From a bacterium (lineage in GTDB: Bacteria; SAR324; XYD2-FULL-50-16): DNA of 64,000 nt. A program made the position numbers and the translations under genes. Shown one piece after another: positions 26,818-37,511 of this stretch. Under the pieces are notes generated by a model. The model saw only the letters and a list, made by a program, of their open reading frames with translations, searched no databases and had not been told where the DNA came from. The DNA lies in contig JAVVEA010000002.1 in NCBI GenBank assembly GCA_032250835.1, positions 176,415 through 240,414 on the forward strand, given 5' to 3'. How positions within the stretch are numbered: position 1 is the first letter of the stretch; each line of letters begins with the position of its first letter.

Positions 26818-29800
26818 ATGTCTCCCCAATTCGTACATCTCCATTTCCACACCCATTATTCCCTGTTAGACGGTGCCATCAAGGTTAAGGGCCTAGGCCA
26901 GAAATTGGCCGACAAAGGCTTTAGTGCCAGCGCCATCACCGACCACGGCAACCTACACGGGGCGGTAGAGTTCCACCACGACCTCAAGAAGGCCGGGGTC
27001 AAACCGATCATCGGGATGGAGGCCTACGTAGCCAAGGGTGACCGGTTCTTGCGCAAGTACGACAGGCCGGGGCCCAATGCCTACCATGCCGTGTTGTTGG
27101 CCATGGACCATGAGGGCTACATCAACCTGGGCAAGATGGCCAGCCAGGGCTTTTCTCAAGGGAAGTTTTACGGCAAGCCCCGGATCGATCGGGATCTGTT
27201 AGAACAACACAACAAAGGGATCATCGTGCTTTCGGCCTGTTTGCAGGGCGAGTTAGCCAACCGCCTTAAAAACGGCGAGGTCGAAGGGGCTTACGAGGCC
27301 GCCCGGTGGTATTCCCAGGTCTTTGATGGCCGGTATTACGTAGAGTTGCAGGCCAACGGCATAGAAGACCAAAACCGGGTCAACCCGCAGCTGATCCAAC
27401 TGGCGAAGGACCTAAATCTACCCTTGGTGGGCACCAACGACTGCCACTACCCGACCAGAGAGGTCGCCGAGGCTCATTATATCCTGCAACTGATGGGCTG
27501 GCAGAAGCGCATCACCGATCCGGGCATTGCCCAGTCCCCCCAAACCTCTGAACTCTTCCTCAAAAGCCCCGAAGAGATGTGGGCCGCCTTTGAGGGCCTG
27601 CCCCCCGAGGCTTTGGAAAATACACTCAAGATCGCCGAGCAGTGTGAGGTGGACCTGACCAACAAGAAATATTACCTGCCCGATTACCCGCTGGAACGGA
27701 CCGACAATTTATCGGACGAATTGGTGGTTGTCGCCAGGGAAGGCCTGGAAGCGCGCATCGAACAACTGACCCGGATTCAGGAGTGGGACCCAGCAAAGGT
27801 GGCCGAAAACCGTAAGGTTTACGGAGCCCGGCTGGACTTTGAGCTGGACGTGATCAACAAGATGGGCTTTCCGGGGTATTTTCTGATCGTCGCCGACTTC
27901 ATCAACTGGGCCAAGGAAAACGGCGTGCCGGTGGGGCCGGGACGGGGCTCCGGGGCGGGGTCCTTGGTGGCTTATTCACTGCGGATCACGGACATCGACC
28001 CGATTGAATATGACCTCCTCTTTGAGCGCTTTTTAAACCCCGACCGGATCAGCATGCCGGACTTCGATATCGACTTCGAGGTGGAAGGGCGCGAACGGGT
28101 GATCGACTATGTGCGCAAGAAGTATGGCGAAAAAAATGTCTGCCAGATTGCCGCGATTGGTTCCTTGCTGGCCAAAGGTGCGTTGCGCGGCGTGGCGCGG
28201 GTTTTAGACATCCCCTACGCCGAGGCCGACAAAATCGCCAAGCTGATCCCTGATGAGTTGGGTATCACCCTGCAAAAGGCTATGGAAAAGGAGCCGGAAC
28301 TCAACCGAATGCATGAGTCGGGCACGGCACAAGAAAAGAAGTTGATTGATATTGCCTTGCAGTTAGAGGGGCTCAACAACAACCTGAGCACCCACGCCGC
28401 CGGGGTGATCATCATGAACTCCGACGTGACGGATGTGATGCCCACCTGTACGCCCACCAAGGGCGAAGGCATCCAGTCCATGTACAGCATGAAGTACGCC
28501 GAGGACCAAGGGGCGGTTAAGTTTGACTTCTTAGGCCTGCGCAACCTGACGGTGATCGATAAAGCCGTGCAACTGATCAACCAGCGCCGCCCGGCAGATG
28601 ATCAGCTGGACATTGCCGCCATCAAGATGGACGGCAAAAAAGACCCGATGGCCAAAAAGGCCTTTGAGCTACTCGCCAAGGGCGACACCACCGGCGTCTT
28701 CCAGTTGGAATCTCCGGGCATGAAGGAATTGATCAAGAAACTCAAGCCCACCGAATTTGAAGAGATCATCGCCTTGGTGGCGCTCTACCGCCCGGGTCCG
28801 TTGGGTTCGGGGATGGTGGATGACTTTGTGGAATGTAAACATGGCCGCCAGCAGATCAAATACACCCACCCCTTGATGGCCGATGTACTGCGCGAGACCT
28901 ATGGTGTGATGGTTTATCAGGAGCAGGTCATGCGGGTGGTGCAAGTCCTAGCGGGGTTCAGCCTGGGCCAAGCGGACTTGCTGCGCCGCGCTATCGGCAA
29001 AAAGATCCAAGAAGAGATGGTCCGCCAGCGCGACCACTTTGCCGAAGGCTGCGCTGCCAATGAAGAATACGTAAAGGGCTGCGGCAATCAAGACCCCTAC
29101 AAGAAAGCGGGCGAAATCTTTGACCTGATCGACCACTTTGCGGGTTACGGCTTCAACAAGAGCCACTCGGCCGCCTATGCGTTGGTCAGCTACCAGACCG
29201 CTTGGCTCAAGGCGAATTATAAGGTGGAGTTCATGGCGGCGTTGTTGACCGCCGACATCAACAAGCCCGACAGCATCGTCAAGCTGATCACCGAGTGCCG
29301 CGAGATGGGCATTGAAGTCTTGCCGCCGGACGTCAACCAATCGGACATGGTGTTTACCACCGTGGACGGGGCGATCCGCTTTGGCCTCTCGGCCATTAAG
29401 GGCGTGGGCTCCAGTGCGTTGCTCTCGTTGATCGAGGTACGCAAAGAGGTCGGGCGCTTTGAAGACCTACCGGACCTTTTTACCCAGATTGATGCATCAA
29501 AGGTCAACAGTCGGGTGATGGAAGCGCTGGTCAAGTCCGGTGTCTTTGACTCCCTTGAGCCCAACCGCCGCAGGCTCTATGAAGGCATCGACAGCTGCCT
29601 GCGTTTGGCGGCGGCCGAAAAGTCCATGAAGATCGAAAACCAGACCAGCCTGTTTGATATGCTGGATGAGGCCGAAAGCGCTAAATGCAAGGCCCGCTTG
29701 GACCTGCCCGAGGTGGACGACTGGAAGCCCAAGGAGCGGCTCAAACACGAACACGAAGCCTTGGGCTTCTTCATTTCCGGTCACCCGCTGGACCCCTACA

Positions 29801-30399
29801 TAGAAGAGGTGAAGCGCTTCGTTACCTTAACCCCGTCTAGTGACCTGCGCGACGAGGAAAAGGACTTCAACCGCCGCACCCAGCTGCGTATGGTCGGCGT
29901 GTTGCAGCTTAAGACCGTCAAATTAACCAAGAAAAACGACAAGATGGCGGTGCTCAAGTTTGAAGACCTACACGGCAGCTTTGAAGCGGTGGTCTTTCCT
30001 AAGCTGTTTGTGGAGCTAGAGCCCCTTTTAGAAGGTGGCGAGCCGATGTTGCTGACGGGGCGCTACAATCAAGGTAGCCTCAACGCAGAGCGGATCACGT
30101 TGCTGCGCGACCTACGCGAAACGGTGGCTAGTGAGATGCTGCTGGAGCTTCCACAGGGCTTTGGGAGCGAATCACTGTTCCGCCTGCGGGGCTTGATTTC
30201 CGAATACCCTGGCAAGTGCCGGGTCCTAGCACAGGTCACTACTGCGGCGGGGGACAAGGTGGTGCTTGACTTGGGTGCTCAGGTGAGGCCGGTGGAATCT
30301 TTTGTGGATGAAGTGTCCGAATTGATCGAGGGATTGAACTTCCGCTTCACGCTAGAGTACCGGGCTGAAGAGGCAGAGCAACTCTCCAAGAGTGGCTAG
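26818..30399 (+). CDS. dnaE: DNA polymerase III alpha subunit
   Basis: 1193 aa. PHP domain (HLHFHTHYSLLDG), polymerase core, OB-fold. Confidence 0.97.
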   Translation: MSPQFVHLHFHTHYSLLDGAIKVKGLGQKLADKGFSASAITDHGNLHGAVEFHHDLKKAGVKPIIGMEAYVAKGDRFLRKYDRPGPNAYHAVLLAMDHEGYINLGKMASQGFSQGKFYGKPRIDRDLLEQHNKGIIVLSACLQGELANRLKNGEVEGAYEAARWYSQVFDGRYYVELQANGIEDQNRVNPQLIQLAKDLNLPLVGTNDCHYPTREVAEAHYILQLMGWQKRITDPGIAQSPQTSELFLKSPEEMWAAFEGLPPEALENTLKIAEQCEVDLTNKKYYLPDYPLERTDNLSDELVVVAREGLEARIEQLTRIQEWDPAKVAENRKVYGARLDFELDVINKMGFPGYFLIVADFINWAKENGVPVGPGRGSGAGSLVAYSLRITDIDPIEYDLLFERFLNPDRISMPDFDIDFEVEGRERVIDYVRKKYGEKNVCQIAAIGSLLAKGALRGVARVLDIPYAEADKIAKLIPDELGITLQKAMEKEPELNRMHESGTAQEKKLIDIALQLEGLNNNLSTHAAGVIIMNSDVTDVMPTCTPTKGEGIQSMYSMKYAEDQGAVKFDFLGLRNLTVIDKAVQLINQRRPADDQLDIAAIKMDGKKDPMAKKAFELLAKGDTTGVFQLESPGMKELIKKLKPTEFEEIIALVALYRPGPLGSGMVDDFVECKHGRQQIKYTHPLMADVLRETYGVMVYQEQVMRVVQVLAGFSLGQADLLRRAIGKKIQEEMVRQRDHFAEGCAANEEYVKGCGNQDPYKKAGEIFDLIDHFAGYGFNKSHSAAYALVSYQTAWLKANYKVEFMAALLTADINKPDSIVKLITECREMGIEVLPPDVNQSDMVFTTVDGAIRFGLSAIKGVGSSALLSLIEVRKEVGRFEDLPDLFTQIDASKVNSRVMEALVKSGVFDSLEPNRRRLYEGIDSCLRLAAAEKSMKIENQTSLFDMLDEAESAKCKARLDLPEVDDWKPKERLKHEHEALGFFISGHPLDPYIEEVKRFVTLTPSSDLRDEEKDFNRRTQLRMVGVLQLKTVKLTKKNDKMAVLKFEDLHGSFEAVVFPKLFVELEPLLEGGEPMLLTGRYNQGSLNAERITLLRDLRETVASEMLLELPQGFGSESLFRLRGLISEYPGKCRVLAQVTTAAGDKVVLDLGAQVRPVESFVDEVSELIEGLNFRFTLEYRAEEAEQLSKSG

Positions 30400-30417
30400 C
30401 CTTGGGATTGTCTTTTT

Positions 30418-30442
30418 AGAGGCATTCCGTTAGAATGCCTCT
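30418..30442 (+). terminator. Perfect 10 bp hairpin (AGAGGCATTC-cgtta-GAATGCCTCT) right after dnaE. No downstream T-run.
   Basis: Read from the sequence. Preceded by TCTTTTT. Confidence 0.35.
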
Positions 30443-30540
30443 TGGCCGAAATCTTCATTTATAAATCGGCAGGGGCCGCCCACTGTTTGACCGTCAGGTC
30501 TAGGTTCCTGCCAACGCCCTTTTGGGGCAACCATAGGTTC

Positions 30541-31761
30541 ATGAGCAAAAAATTCGACTCAATTGCCGAGGCGATTGAGGATATACGCCAGGGCAAAATG
30601 ATCGTCCTGGTTGACGATGAGGACCGCGAAAACGAGGGGGACCTCGTTTGTGCCGCTGAATACGCCACCCCTGCGGCGGTCAACTTTATGGCCCGTTATG
30701 GCCGTGGTTTGATCTGCTTGGCTCTGTGCGAAGAGCAGGTGGACCGCCTGAAATTACCCATGATGACCGTCAGCGGCGACACGCCATACGGCACCAACTT
30801 CACCGTCAGCATCGAAGCCGCCAGCGGCGTGACCACGGGCATCTCGGCCGCAGACCGCAGCCACACCATTCTGACCGCCATCGGTCCCGATGCGCAACCT
30901 GGCGACATCTGCATGCCTGGCCATATCTTTCCGCTAAAGGCCCGCCTGGGCGGCGTCTTGCAGCGCAGCGGCCATACCGAAGCCAGCGTGGATTTGGCTC
31001 GTTTAGCGGGCGGCAATCCCTCGGGCGTGATCTGTGAGATCATGAACGAAGACGGCACCATGGCCCGCTATACGGAACTCAAGGCCTTCGCCCAGGAGCA
31101 CGACCTAAAAATCTGCACCATCGCCGACCTGATCAAATACCGCATGGCCAACGAGTCCATGGTGGAGTTGGCCGCAGAATCAAACTTACCGACCAGCATT
31201 GCCGGTGATTTTCGGATCAAAGGCTACGTCAACAAGCTCAACGGCGAAAATTATATCGCCTTGGTCAAAGGTGAGCTAACGCCCAACGAACCGGTTTTGG
31301 TGCGGGTCCATAGTGAATGTTTGACTGGAGACGTCTTCGCTTCGGCCCGTTGCGACTGTGGCAACCAACTCCATGAGGCCATGCGGCTGATTGAAAAAGA
31401 GGGCCAAGGGGTGGTACTTTATCTAGCCCAAGAGGGCCGCGGTATTGGCATCATCAATAAAATTAAAGCATACAATCTGCAAGACCAAGGGGCAGACACC
31501 GTCGAGGCCAACGAACAACTGGGCTTCGATGCGGACCTGCGGGACTACGGCTTTGGGGCCCAGGTTCTAGCTCATTTGGGCTTGAAAAAAATTAAGCTGA
31601 TCACCAACAACCCCCGCAAGATCGTCGGGTTGGAGGGGTACGGCCTGCAAGTGGTGGAGCGCGTTCCTTTAGAAATGCTCGCCCACGAACAAAACAGTCA
31701 TTATTTGCAAACCAAGAAAAATAAGCTCGGCCATATGCTGAGCTTAAAAGACCATCCTTGA
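30541..31761 (+). CDS. ribBA: Bifunctional 3,4-dihydroxy-2-butanone-4-phosphate synthase / GTP cyclohydrolase II
   Basis: RibB N-terminus ([15 protein letters not shown]) and RibA C-terminus with the CDCGNQL zinc site. True start MSKKFD at 30541. Confidence 0.95.
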   Translation: MSKKFDSIAEAIEDIRQGKMIVLVDDEDRENEGDLVCAAEYATPAAVNFMARYGRGLICLALCEEQVDRLKLPMMTVSGDTPYGTNFTVSIEAASGVTTGISAADRSHTILTAIGPDAQPGDICMPGHIFPLKARLGGVLQRSGHTEASVDLARLAGGNPSGVICEIMNEDGTMARYTELKAFAQEHDLKICTIADLIKYRMANESMVELAAESNLPTSIAGDFRIKGYVNKLNGENYIALVKGELTPNEPVLVRVHSECLTGDVFASARCDCGNQLHEAMRLIEKEGQGVVLYLAQEGRGIGIINKIKAYNLQDQGADTVEANEQLGFDADLRDYGFGAQVLAHLGLKKIKLITNNPRKIVGLEGYGLQVVERVPLEMLAHEQNSHYLQTKKNKLGHMLSLKDHP

Positions 31762-31771
31762 GGGAGGCCAG

Positions 31772-32242
31772 ATGAGTTACCATAGTTTAGAGGGGCATTT
31801 CAACGCAGCGGGCATTAAGCTGGCTATTGTGGTGGCCCGGTTCAACGATTTCATTACCGGCAAATTGCTCGAAGGCGCGCTAGACGCCTTCAAGCGCCAT
31901 GGCGGCGACCTAGCCCAAGTGACCGTGGTCCGCGTGCCCGGCGCTTACGAGATCCCCCTGACCTGCCAAAAGGTGGCGGCTACGGGCCAGTATGACGGAA
32001 TTTTGGCCCTCGGCGCGGTGATCCGCGGAGGGACGCCTCATTTTGATTATGTCGCCTCAGAAGTGGCCAAAGGTGTGGCTCAAGTGGGCTTAAACAGCGG
32101 CGTGCCCGTGTCCTTCGGCGTGTTGACCACCGACAGCATCGAACAGGCGATCGAGCGCGCCGGGACCAAGGCGGGCAACAAAGGCAGCGACAGCATGAAT
32201 GGATTGATCGAAATCATTGATCTTTATAAAAAGATCAACTAA
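31772..32242 (+). CDS. ribH: 6,7-dimethyl-8-ribityllumazine synthase
   Basis: 156 aa. [13 protein letters not shown]...VPGAYEIP. Confidence 0.95.
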   Translation: MSYHSLEGHFNAAGIKLAIVVARFNDFITGKLLEGALDAFKRHGGDLAQVTVVRVPGAYEIPLTCQKVAATGQYDGILALGAVIRGGTPHFDYVASEVAKGVAQVGLNSGVPVSFGVLTTDSIEQAIERAGTKAGNKGSDSMNGLIEIIDLYKKIN

Positions 32243-32585
32243 TTTCAAAGCCAAGCCGACTTAGTCGGCCCCACTAAACCAACAGTCAGGCGACTGGGGC
32301 AGGATGCCCGGTAATCGTTGACTGTTTAAAGTTATAAACGGAAAACCCAACCAAAGCAGACCGCACCAACTTGTTACAGTCCACCGGACCTAACCCGCTT
32401 TGGAACCATATTTTTCGGCGTTGATTGCCTGCGGATAACCCCACAAGACGCTTCTTGTCGACCCCTCGAAGCGGACTTTACGCAAGGCTACCCAAACCCG
32501 AAGTTCCAAAGGATTCAGGCCGCGTGGTACCCCTCGTTGGTTGAGGTACGCCTAAAGTTGTGGTCCCTTCGGGAGCACCCACCTA

Positions 32586-34109
32586 ATGGGCAAAAAAATC
32601 ATTATCAACCACGCCAAGCACGAGATTCGTGTGGCTCTATTAGAGAATGGCGAGGTCCAAGAACTATTTTACGAGCGCGAAAAAAACAAAAGCGTTGTTG
32701 GCAACATCTACAAAGGGCGTGTCCTCAAGGTATTACCGGGGATGGAATCGGCCTTTATCGACATCGGCCTAGAGAAAGCCGCTTTTTTGTATGTCGACGA
32801 CATCCGCACCGATGACGACGAGGTCGAAGAACCCGACGAAAGCGGCGAAGACGAAGAAGCTAGCGAGCCCAAACCGCGCCGCAGCGGGCACAAACGAAAA
32901 AACCGTCTAGAGATCGGCCAACTGATCAAAGAAGGCCAGGACATCATGGTTCAGGTCAGTAAAGGCCCCATTGGCACCAAAGGAGCCAGGATCACCTGCA
33001 ACATCACCCTACCGGGGCGCAACTTGGTCTTCATGCCCCATGTCAACAACGTGGGCGTCAGCCGCCAAATCCGCGACGAAAAGGAACGGGCTCGGTTGCG
33101 CAAGATCGTCAGTAGCGTCAAGCCCGAGGGGACCGGCTTCATTGTCCGCACCGTTGCCGCCGGGCGTTCGGAAGAAGAATTTAAAAATGATGTGGATTAT
33201 CTCTGCTCGACCTGGGCCGAGGTAGAACGCAAGTTCAAGACGCTGAAGTCTCCGGCTATCTTATACGAAGACCTCAACCTGACCTTCCGCACCATCCGCG
33301 ACATGCTCAGCCCCGAGGTGGAAGCCTTGGTGATTGACGACAATACGGAGTTTGAGAAGCTCAAGAAGCATTTAGCCACCTACCTGCCCAAATATTCGGG
33401 GATTTTAAAGCTTTTTAAGCGCCGTACGCTGATCTATGACCATTACGGCATCAGCGCCGAGATTGACCGGGCACTTTCGCGCAAAGTTTGGCTGAAATCA
33501 GGCGGGTCTTTGGTGATCGACCAGACCGAGGCCCTGACGGCCATCGACGTCAACACCGGCAGCTTCACCGGTAGCTCGAACCACGAAGACACCATCTTGA
33601 CCACCAACCTAGAGTCGGCGGTGGAGATTGTGCACCAGCTTAAATTGCGCGACATCGGCGGGATCATCATCATCGACTTCATCGATATGGAAAATCCCGA
33701 AAACCGCCAGAAGGTCTATAACCTTCTCAAAGAAGAACTTAAGCGCGACAAAGCCCGCACCAAGATCTTGCCGATCAGCGAGATGGGCTTGGTGGAGATG
33801 ACGCGTAAACGCAACCGCGAGAACCTGGGCCGCTTCCTGCGCGAGGCTTGCCCCTACTGTGACGGGCGGGCGCGGATCAAATCCCAGGCGACCATGGTCT
33901 ACGAAGTCTACCGTGAGATTGCCCGGTTGGCTAAAGAATCGGACCCGCCAGAAAACCTGTTGCTGGGGGTACACCCCGACCTGGGCGAGTATTTAGAGGT
34001 CGAAGAGCTAGACACCTTCCGCAGTATGGAAAAGCTGATCAAAGGAAGTATCTCTTTGCAGACTTCCGAGCGCTACCACCATGAACAGTTTGAACTCTTC
34101 GAGCTCTAA
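32586..34109 (+). CDS. rng: Ribonuclease E/G family endoribonuclease (RNase G-sized)
   Basis: 507 aa. S1 domain with an acidic insertion (DDDEVEEPDESGEDEEASEP), and catalytic core (DFIDMENPENRQKV, zinc-link CPYC). Confidence 0.9.
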   Translation: MGKKIIINHAKHEIRVALLENGEVQELFYEREKNKSVVGNIYKGRVLKVLPGMESAFIDIGLEKAAFLYVDDIRTDDDEVEEPDESGEDEEASEPKPRRSGHKRKNRLEIGQLIKEGQDIMVQVSKGPIGTKGARITCNITLPGRNLVFMPHVNNVGVSRQIRDEKERARLRKIVSSVKPEGTGFIVRTVAAGRSEEEFKNDVDYLCSTWAEVERKFKTLKSPAILYEDLNLTFRTIRDMLSPEVEALVIDDNTEFEKLKKHLATYLPKYSGILKLFKRRTLIYDHYGISAEIDRALSRKVWLKSGGSLVIDQTEALTAIDVNTGSFTGSSNHEDTILTTNLESAVEIVHQLKLRDIGGIIIIDFIDMENPENRQKVYNLLKEELKRDKARTKILPISEMGLVEMTRKRNRENLGRFLREACPYCDGRARIKSQATMVYEVYREIARLAKESDPPENLLLGVHPDLGEYLEVEELDTFRSMEKLIKGSISLQTSERYHHEQFELFEL

Positions 34110-35053
34110 TGGAGGCTATCGAGGTTAGTGCAGAAGACGCGGGCCAACGGCTTGACCAGTGGTTGGCCGCCCAGGTGGGTACCCGGAGCAAGGCCCAGCG
34201 CATGGTTAAGATGGGTTTGGTTTTGGTTGACGGAAAGGTTGCTCAAGCCGCCAAGATACCGGTAGCCTTAGGGCAACAGATCAGTTTCGAGTTGCCTCCG
34301 AGCTTGCCTGAGCGGGCCGTAGCGGTGGAGCATCCTTTGGATGTGGTCTATGAGGACGAGAGCATTATTCTTGTCAATAAACCACGGGGTGTGGTAACAC
34401 ATCCTTCGCCGGGACATAACGAAGACAGCTTGGTGAATTACCTGCTGCACCACACAGAACTGACCAAACAGGGGGGTATCCGGCCCGGCATTGTCCACCG
34501 TATCGACAAGGACACCTCGGGCCTGTTGGTGATTGCAAAGAATGACGAAGCCCAAGAACTCCTAGCCGAGCAGTTTCGAGAACACAGCATCGAACGCCGC
34601 TATTTGGCGCTGGTTTGGGGGGAGATGGTTCAGCCTTTGGGGATGATAGACCAACCCATTGGCCGGCACCCCAAGGAGCGCAAGAAATTTGCGGTGCGCC
34701 AGGGGGGCAAGCGGGCGGTCACCCATTGGAGACGAATTAAAAGCTACCGGAAACTGACGCTGATCGAGTGTCGGCTAGAGACGGGGCGCACCCACCAGAT
34801 CCGGGTGCATTTGGCCCATTTGGGTCATCCCTTGGTGGGTGATCCACTTTATGGACGCTACCGGGACCTAAGCCGAATCTATGGAAGTGAAATAATTTCG
34901 GCCTTAAAGTCCTTTAAGGGCCAAGCCTTGCATGCTACCAGCCTGGGCTTGATCCATCCGGCCACTTCCGAGGAAGTTTACTTTGAAGTGCCACCACCAG
35001 AAGAGCTGGCCCATTTGATCCGGCTCTTAGACGAGGATAACGGTGAAGGTTGA
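34109..35053 (+). CDS. rluD: 23S rRNA pseudouridine synthase, RluD/RluA family
   Basis: S4 domain plus HRIDKDTSGLLVIAKN catalytic motif. Confidence 0.9.
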   Translation: MEAIEVSAEDAGQRLDQWLAAQVGTRSKAQRMVKMGLVLVDGKVAQAAKIPVALGQQISFELPPSLPERAVAVEHPLDVVYEDESIILVNKPRGVVTHPSPGHNEDSLVNYLLHHTELTKQGGIRPGIVHRIDKDTSGLLVIAKNDEAQELLAEQFREHSIERRYLALVWGEMVQPLGMIDQPIGRHPKERKKFAVRQGGKRAVTHWRRIKSYRKLTLIECRLETGRTHQIRVHLAHLGHPLVGDPLYGRYRDLSRIYGSEIISALKSFKGQALHATSLGLIHPATSEEVYFEVPPPEELAHLIRLLDEDNGEG

Positions 35054-35525
35054 ATACATTAACCCTTTTATAATCGCCACCAAGAAGGTCCTTTCGACCA
35101 TGGCGTTCATGGAGTCCAAGCCCGGAAAGCCCGCGCTTAAAGACCCCACGAACCATAAGGCGATGGGCGATATCTCGGCAGTGATCGAACTGACCGGGGA
35201 ATCCAGGGGGTCGATCTCCATCAGCTTCACCCGCAATTGCATCCTCGCCGTGGCCCAGCAGATGTTCGGGCAAGAATATGCCGACATTGACGACGAAATT
35301 GTCGATATGGTCGGCGAGATTGTCAACATGGTTAGCGGCGAAGCCCGCCGCGAACTGGCCAAACTGGGTTTTCATTTCTCCGCCGGCATCCCCACTACCT
35401 CACAGGGCGAAGGCCACGACATCACCCACTTTGTTGAAGCTCGGGTGATCATGATCCCCTTCGAGACCCAAGCGGGCAAATATTACATCGAAGCGGCCTT
35501 CGACTCCAAGAAATTCCTGGGCTAA
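35043..35525 (+). CDS. CheX-like chemotaxis phosphatase family protein
   Basis: GTG start. MKVEYINPFIIATKKVLSTMA is a typical CheX N-terminus. 160 aa. Confidence 0.7.
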   Translation: MKVEYINPFIIATKKVLSTMAFMESKPGKPALKDPTNHKAMGDISAVIELTGESRGSISISFTRNCILAVAQQMFGQEYADIDDEIVDMVGEIVNMVSGEARRELAKLGFHFSAGIPTTSQGEGHDITHFVEARVIMIPFETQAGKYYIEAAFDSKKFLG

Positions 35526-35680
35526 GCCCCTCCCGGCCTTTGGCGCTCCCAAATATTTATGGGTAAGGCTCTGCTGAGTTTTACCCGTCTTTTTTGCAGT
35601 TTATACCCTCCCTTTATGGCTTCCAGCGACCTCTTGTATAGAGTAAAGCTTTAGTCTTAACTCATGATGAAGGGCAGGCC

Positions 35681-36460
35681 ATGGCAAGGAAGGGCGTAAA
35701 AGGGGTTTTATTCAATCTGGTTGCCGAGGAAGGACGCTTTAATTGCCAAGTGGGGATTCCCCTTGATCAGCGACTTCATCTACGGCGGCTTTGCTTGGGC
35801 TGTAAACATCAGTTTGGCTTGAGCCCCCAATCGGCAGAGGAACCCCAACTGCTCTGCCCGAACTGTGAGGCTCGCGGCGGTTTTGGTGACTTCCACCTAC
35901 CGGAACAACAGTGCTTGATCCAACATACCCTAAGGTCCGAGGCGCTTGAGCGGTATGCTTACCGGCAAAGCTCCAACCCCGTAAAGCGCTGGTTCCTAAA
36001 AGAACAAACCAAGTCATATGATTATCTGCGGCTGTTGATTCCCCAGACCTTGGCCGCCATCCCCTCCCACCCCGGAAGGAAGCCGCCCATTCGGCAGTTG
36101 AAGCCGTTGCCCTTTCTGTTTCGTTGCGACCTATGTGGGCGTGAATTTTCCAGCGAAGTTAAATCCCAACGTTGTCTCTATTGTGGTCATGCCGGACGCT
36201 TGGCGACGGCTGGCACCTTGGGTGATGTGGTGCAGAAAACTCCGGCGGCACCGGATTCACAGGGTCTTAGGGGCAATTTATTGGTTGATGGAACCAAGCC
36301 TGCTCCTGAAGTTGAACTCGTCAATGGGTTGCAAATCCACGAAGAGCGAGGCTACCGCATCCACCCCAAAAAACTGTGGGGTTGCTTGGCGGTTTTGTTC
36401 GGACCTTGGTTGGCCCTTTACGGATTTGGGCGGTTCATCACTTGGCTGGGAGGGCCTTAG
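35681..36460 (+). CDS. Double zinc-ribbon protein with a C-terminal transmembrane anchor
   Basis: Two CxxC...CxxC pairs (CLGC..CPNC and CDLC..CLYC), and a C-terminal hydrophobic helix LWGCLAVLFGPWLALYGF. Confidence 0.55.
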   Translation: MARKGVKGVLFNLVAEEGRFNCQVGIPLDQRLHLRRLCLGCKHQFGLSPQSAEEPQLLCPNCEARGGFGDFHLPEQQCLIQHTLRSEALERYAYRQSSNPVKRWFLKEQTKSYDYLRLLIPQTLAAIPSHPGRKPPIRQLKPLPFLFRCDLCGREFSSEVKSQRCLYCGHAGRLATAGTLGDVVQKTPAAPDSQGLRGNLLVDGTKPAPEVELVNGLQIHEERGYRIHPKKLWGCLAVLFGPWLALYGFGRFITWLGGP

Positions 36461-36463
36461 GGC

Positions 36464-37438
36464 TTAACCCAGGGTCCGCCAAACCAGCACGGACAGGTAG
36501 GCAAGGTAGCCGCCGAAGAATAAGGCCCCTTCAAAGCGGGAGATGACCTTGCCGGTGATGAAGATCGGTAGGCAGGCGAGGGTTGCCAAGAGGAGGATCG
36601 GGAGGTCGAATTCTAAGATGTTGGGGTCTACGCCCAGACCTCCGGGGGTGATCATCGACGAGATGCCGAGGATCATCAACAGGTTGAAGATGTTGCTGCC
36701 CACCACGTTGCCTACCGCCAAGTCGCGCTCGCCTTTGAAGGTTGCCATGAGGCTGGTCATCAACTCGGGCAGGCTGGTCCCGGCGGCGACCAGCGTCAAG
36801 CCGATCACCACTTCAGAGACCCCAAAGGCGCGGGCGATGCCCGTCGCCCCTTCAACCAACCAGTCAGAACCAAAGCTCAGCGCTACGGCTCCTCCGGCAA
36901 TCAACAACAATTGACCGCTCAGGCCCCGCTCAAACCAATTGGTTGGGGGCGCGGCCAACTCAGCGAATTCATCAGCATCTTCGGGGTGGGCTTTAGAATG
37001 GCGCAGCAGCCAGACCGTATAGGCCACCGCCAAGCCAAAGAGCAAGGCTCCCTCAAGGGCCGAAATCTGTCCGTTCCAGGCGATACCCGCGACTAACAAG
37101 GAGACACCGATCATCACCGGTACATCCAGCTTAACCAGTTGGGTCTTGATCACCAATGGCGCGATTAGGCCACAAAGACCTAAAATTAACAGGGTGTTGA
37201 AAAGGTTGCTGCCCACCACGTTGGCCAGAGCCAAGTCGCTGCTGCCCTTGAGCCCGGCGGCAACGCCTACCGCCAATTCTGGTGCACTGGTGCCGTAGGC
37301 CACCACGGTCAAGCCGATCACTAATGGCGAGATTCCCAGGCGCACCGCTAAGTGGGACGCACCGCGTACTAGTAATTCACCTCCACCGACTAGGGCAAAA
37401 AAGCCCAAAGCCACCAGCAGGATATACATCCAATCCAT
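36464..37438 (-). CDS. Ca2+/cation antiporter (CaCA family, YrbG-like)
   Basis: Two alpha-repeats with GTSAPEL and GTSLPEL. Ten transmembrane helices. Confidence 0.85.
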   Translation of the reverse strand: MDWMYILLVALGFFALVGGGELLVRGASHLAVRLGISPLVIGLTVVAYGTSAPELAVGVAAGLKGSSDLALANVVGSNLFNTLLILGLCGLIAPLVIKTQLVKLDVPVMIGVSLLVAGIAWNGQISALEGALLFGLAVAYTVWLLRHSKAHPEDADEFAELAAPPTNWFERGLSGQLLLIAGGAVALSFGSDWLVEGATGIARAFGVSEVVIGLTLVAAGTSLPELMTSLMATFKGERDLAVGNVVGSNIFNLLMILGISSMITPGGLGVDPNILEFDLPILLLATLACLPIFITGKVISRFEGALFFGGYLAYLSVLVWRTLG

Positions 37439-37466
37439 TAGCGCCCCTCATCAAGTCAAAAAAAAA

Positions 37467-37495
37467 GCCCGCCTAAAAGGCGGGCTTTTCCCGGT
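37467..37495 (-). terminator. Rho-independent terminator (GCCCGCC-ttttag-GGCGGGC followed by T9 on the minus strand)
   Basis: Stem and T-run read from the sequence, immediately downstream of the BI-1 gene. Confidence 0.75.
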
Positions 37496-37511
37496 TGAAA
37501 ACCGATCCCTT

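Noticed and set aside
30400-30540. Expected FMN (RFN) riboswitch upstream of ribBA
   Set aside because: The 141-nt leader has none of the conserved FMN-riboswitch core segments. It has only a perfect 10-bp hairpin, which looks like the end of the dnaE transcript.
32537-32815. 92-aa + ORF overlapping the start of the RNase E/G gene
   Set aside because: It is out of frame with the real gene, has no Shine-Dalgarno, and gives an Arg-rich low-complexity product.
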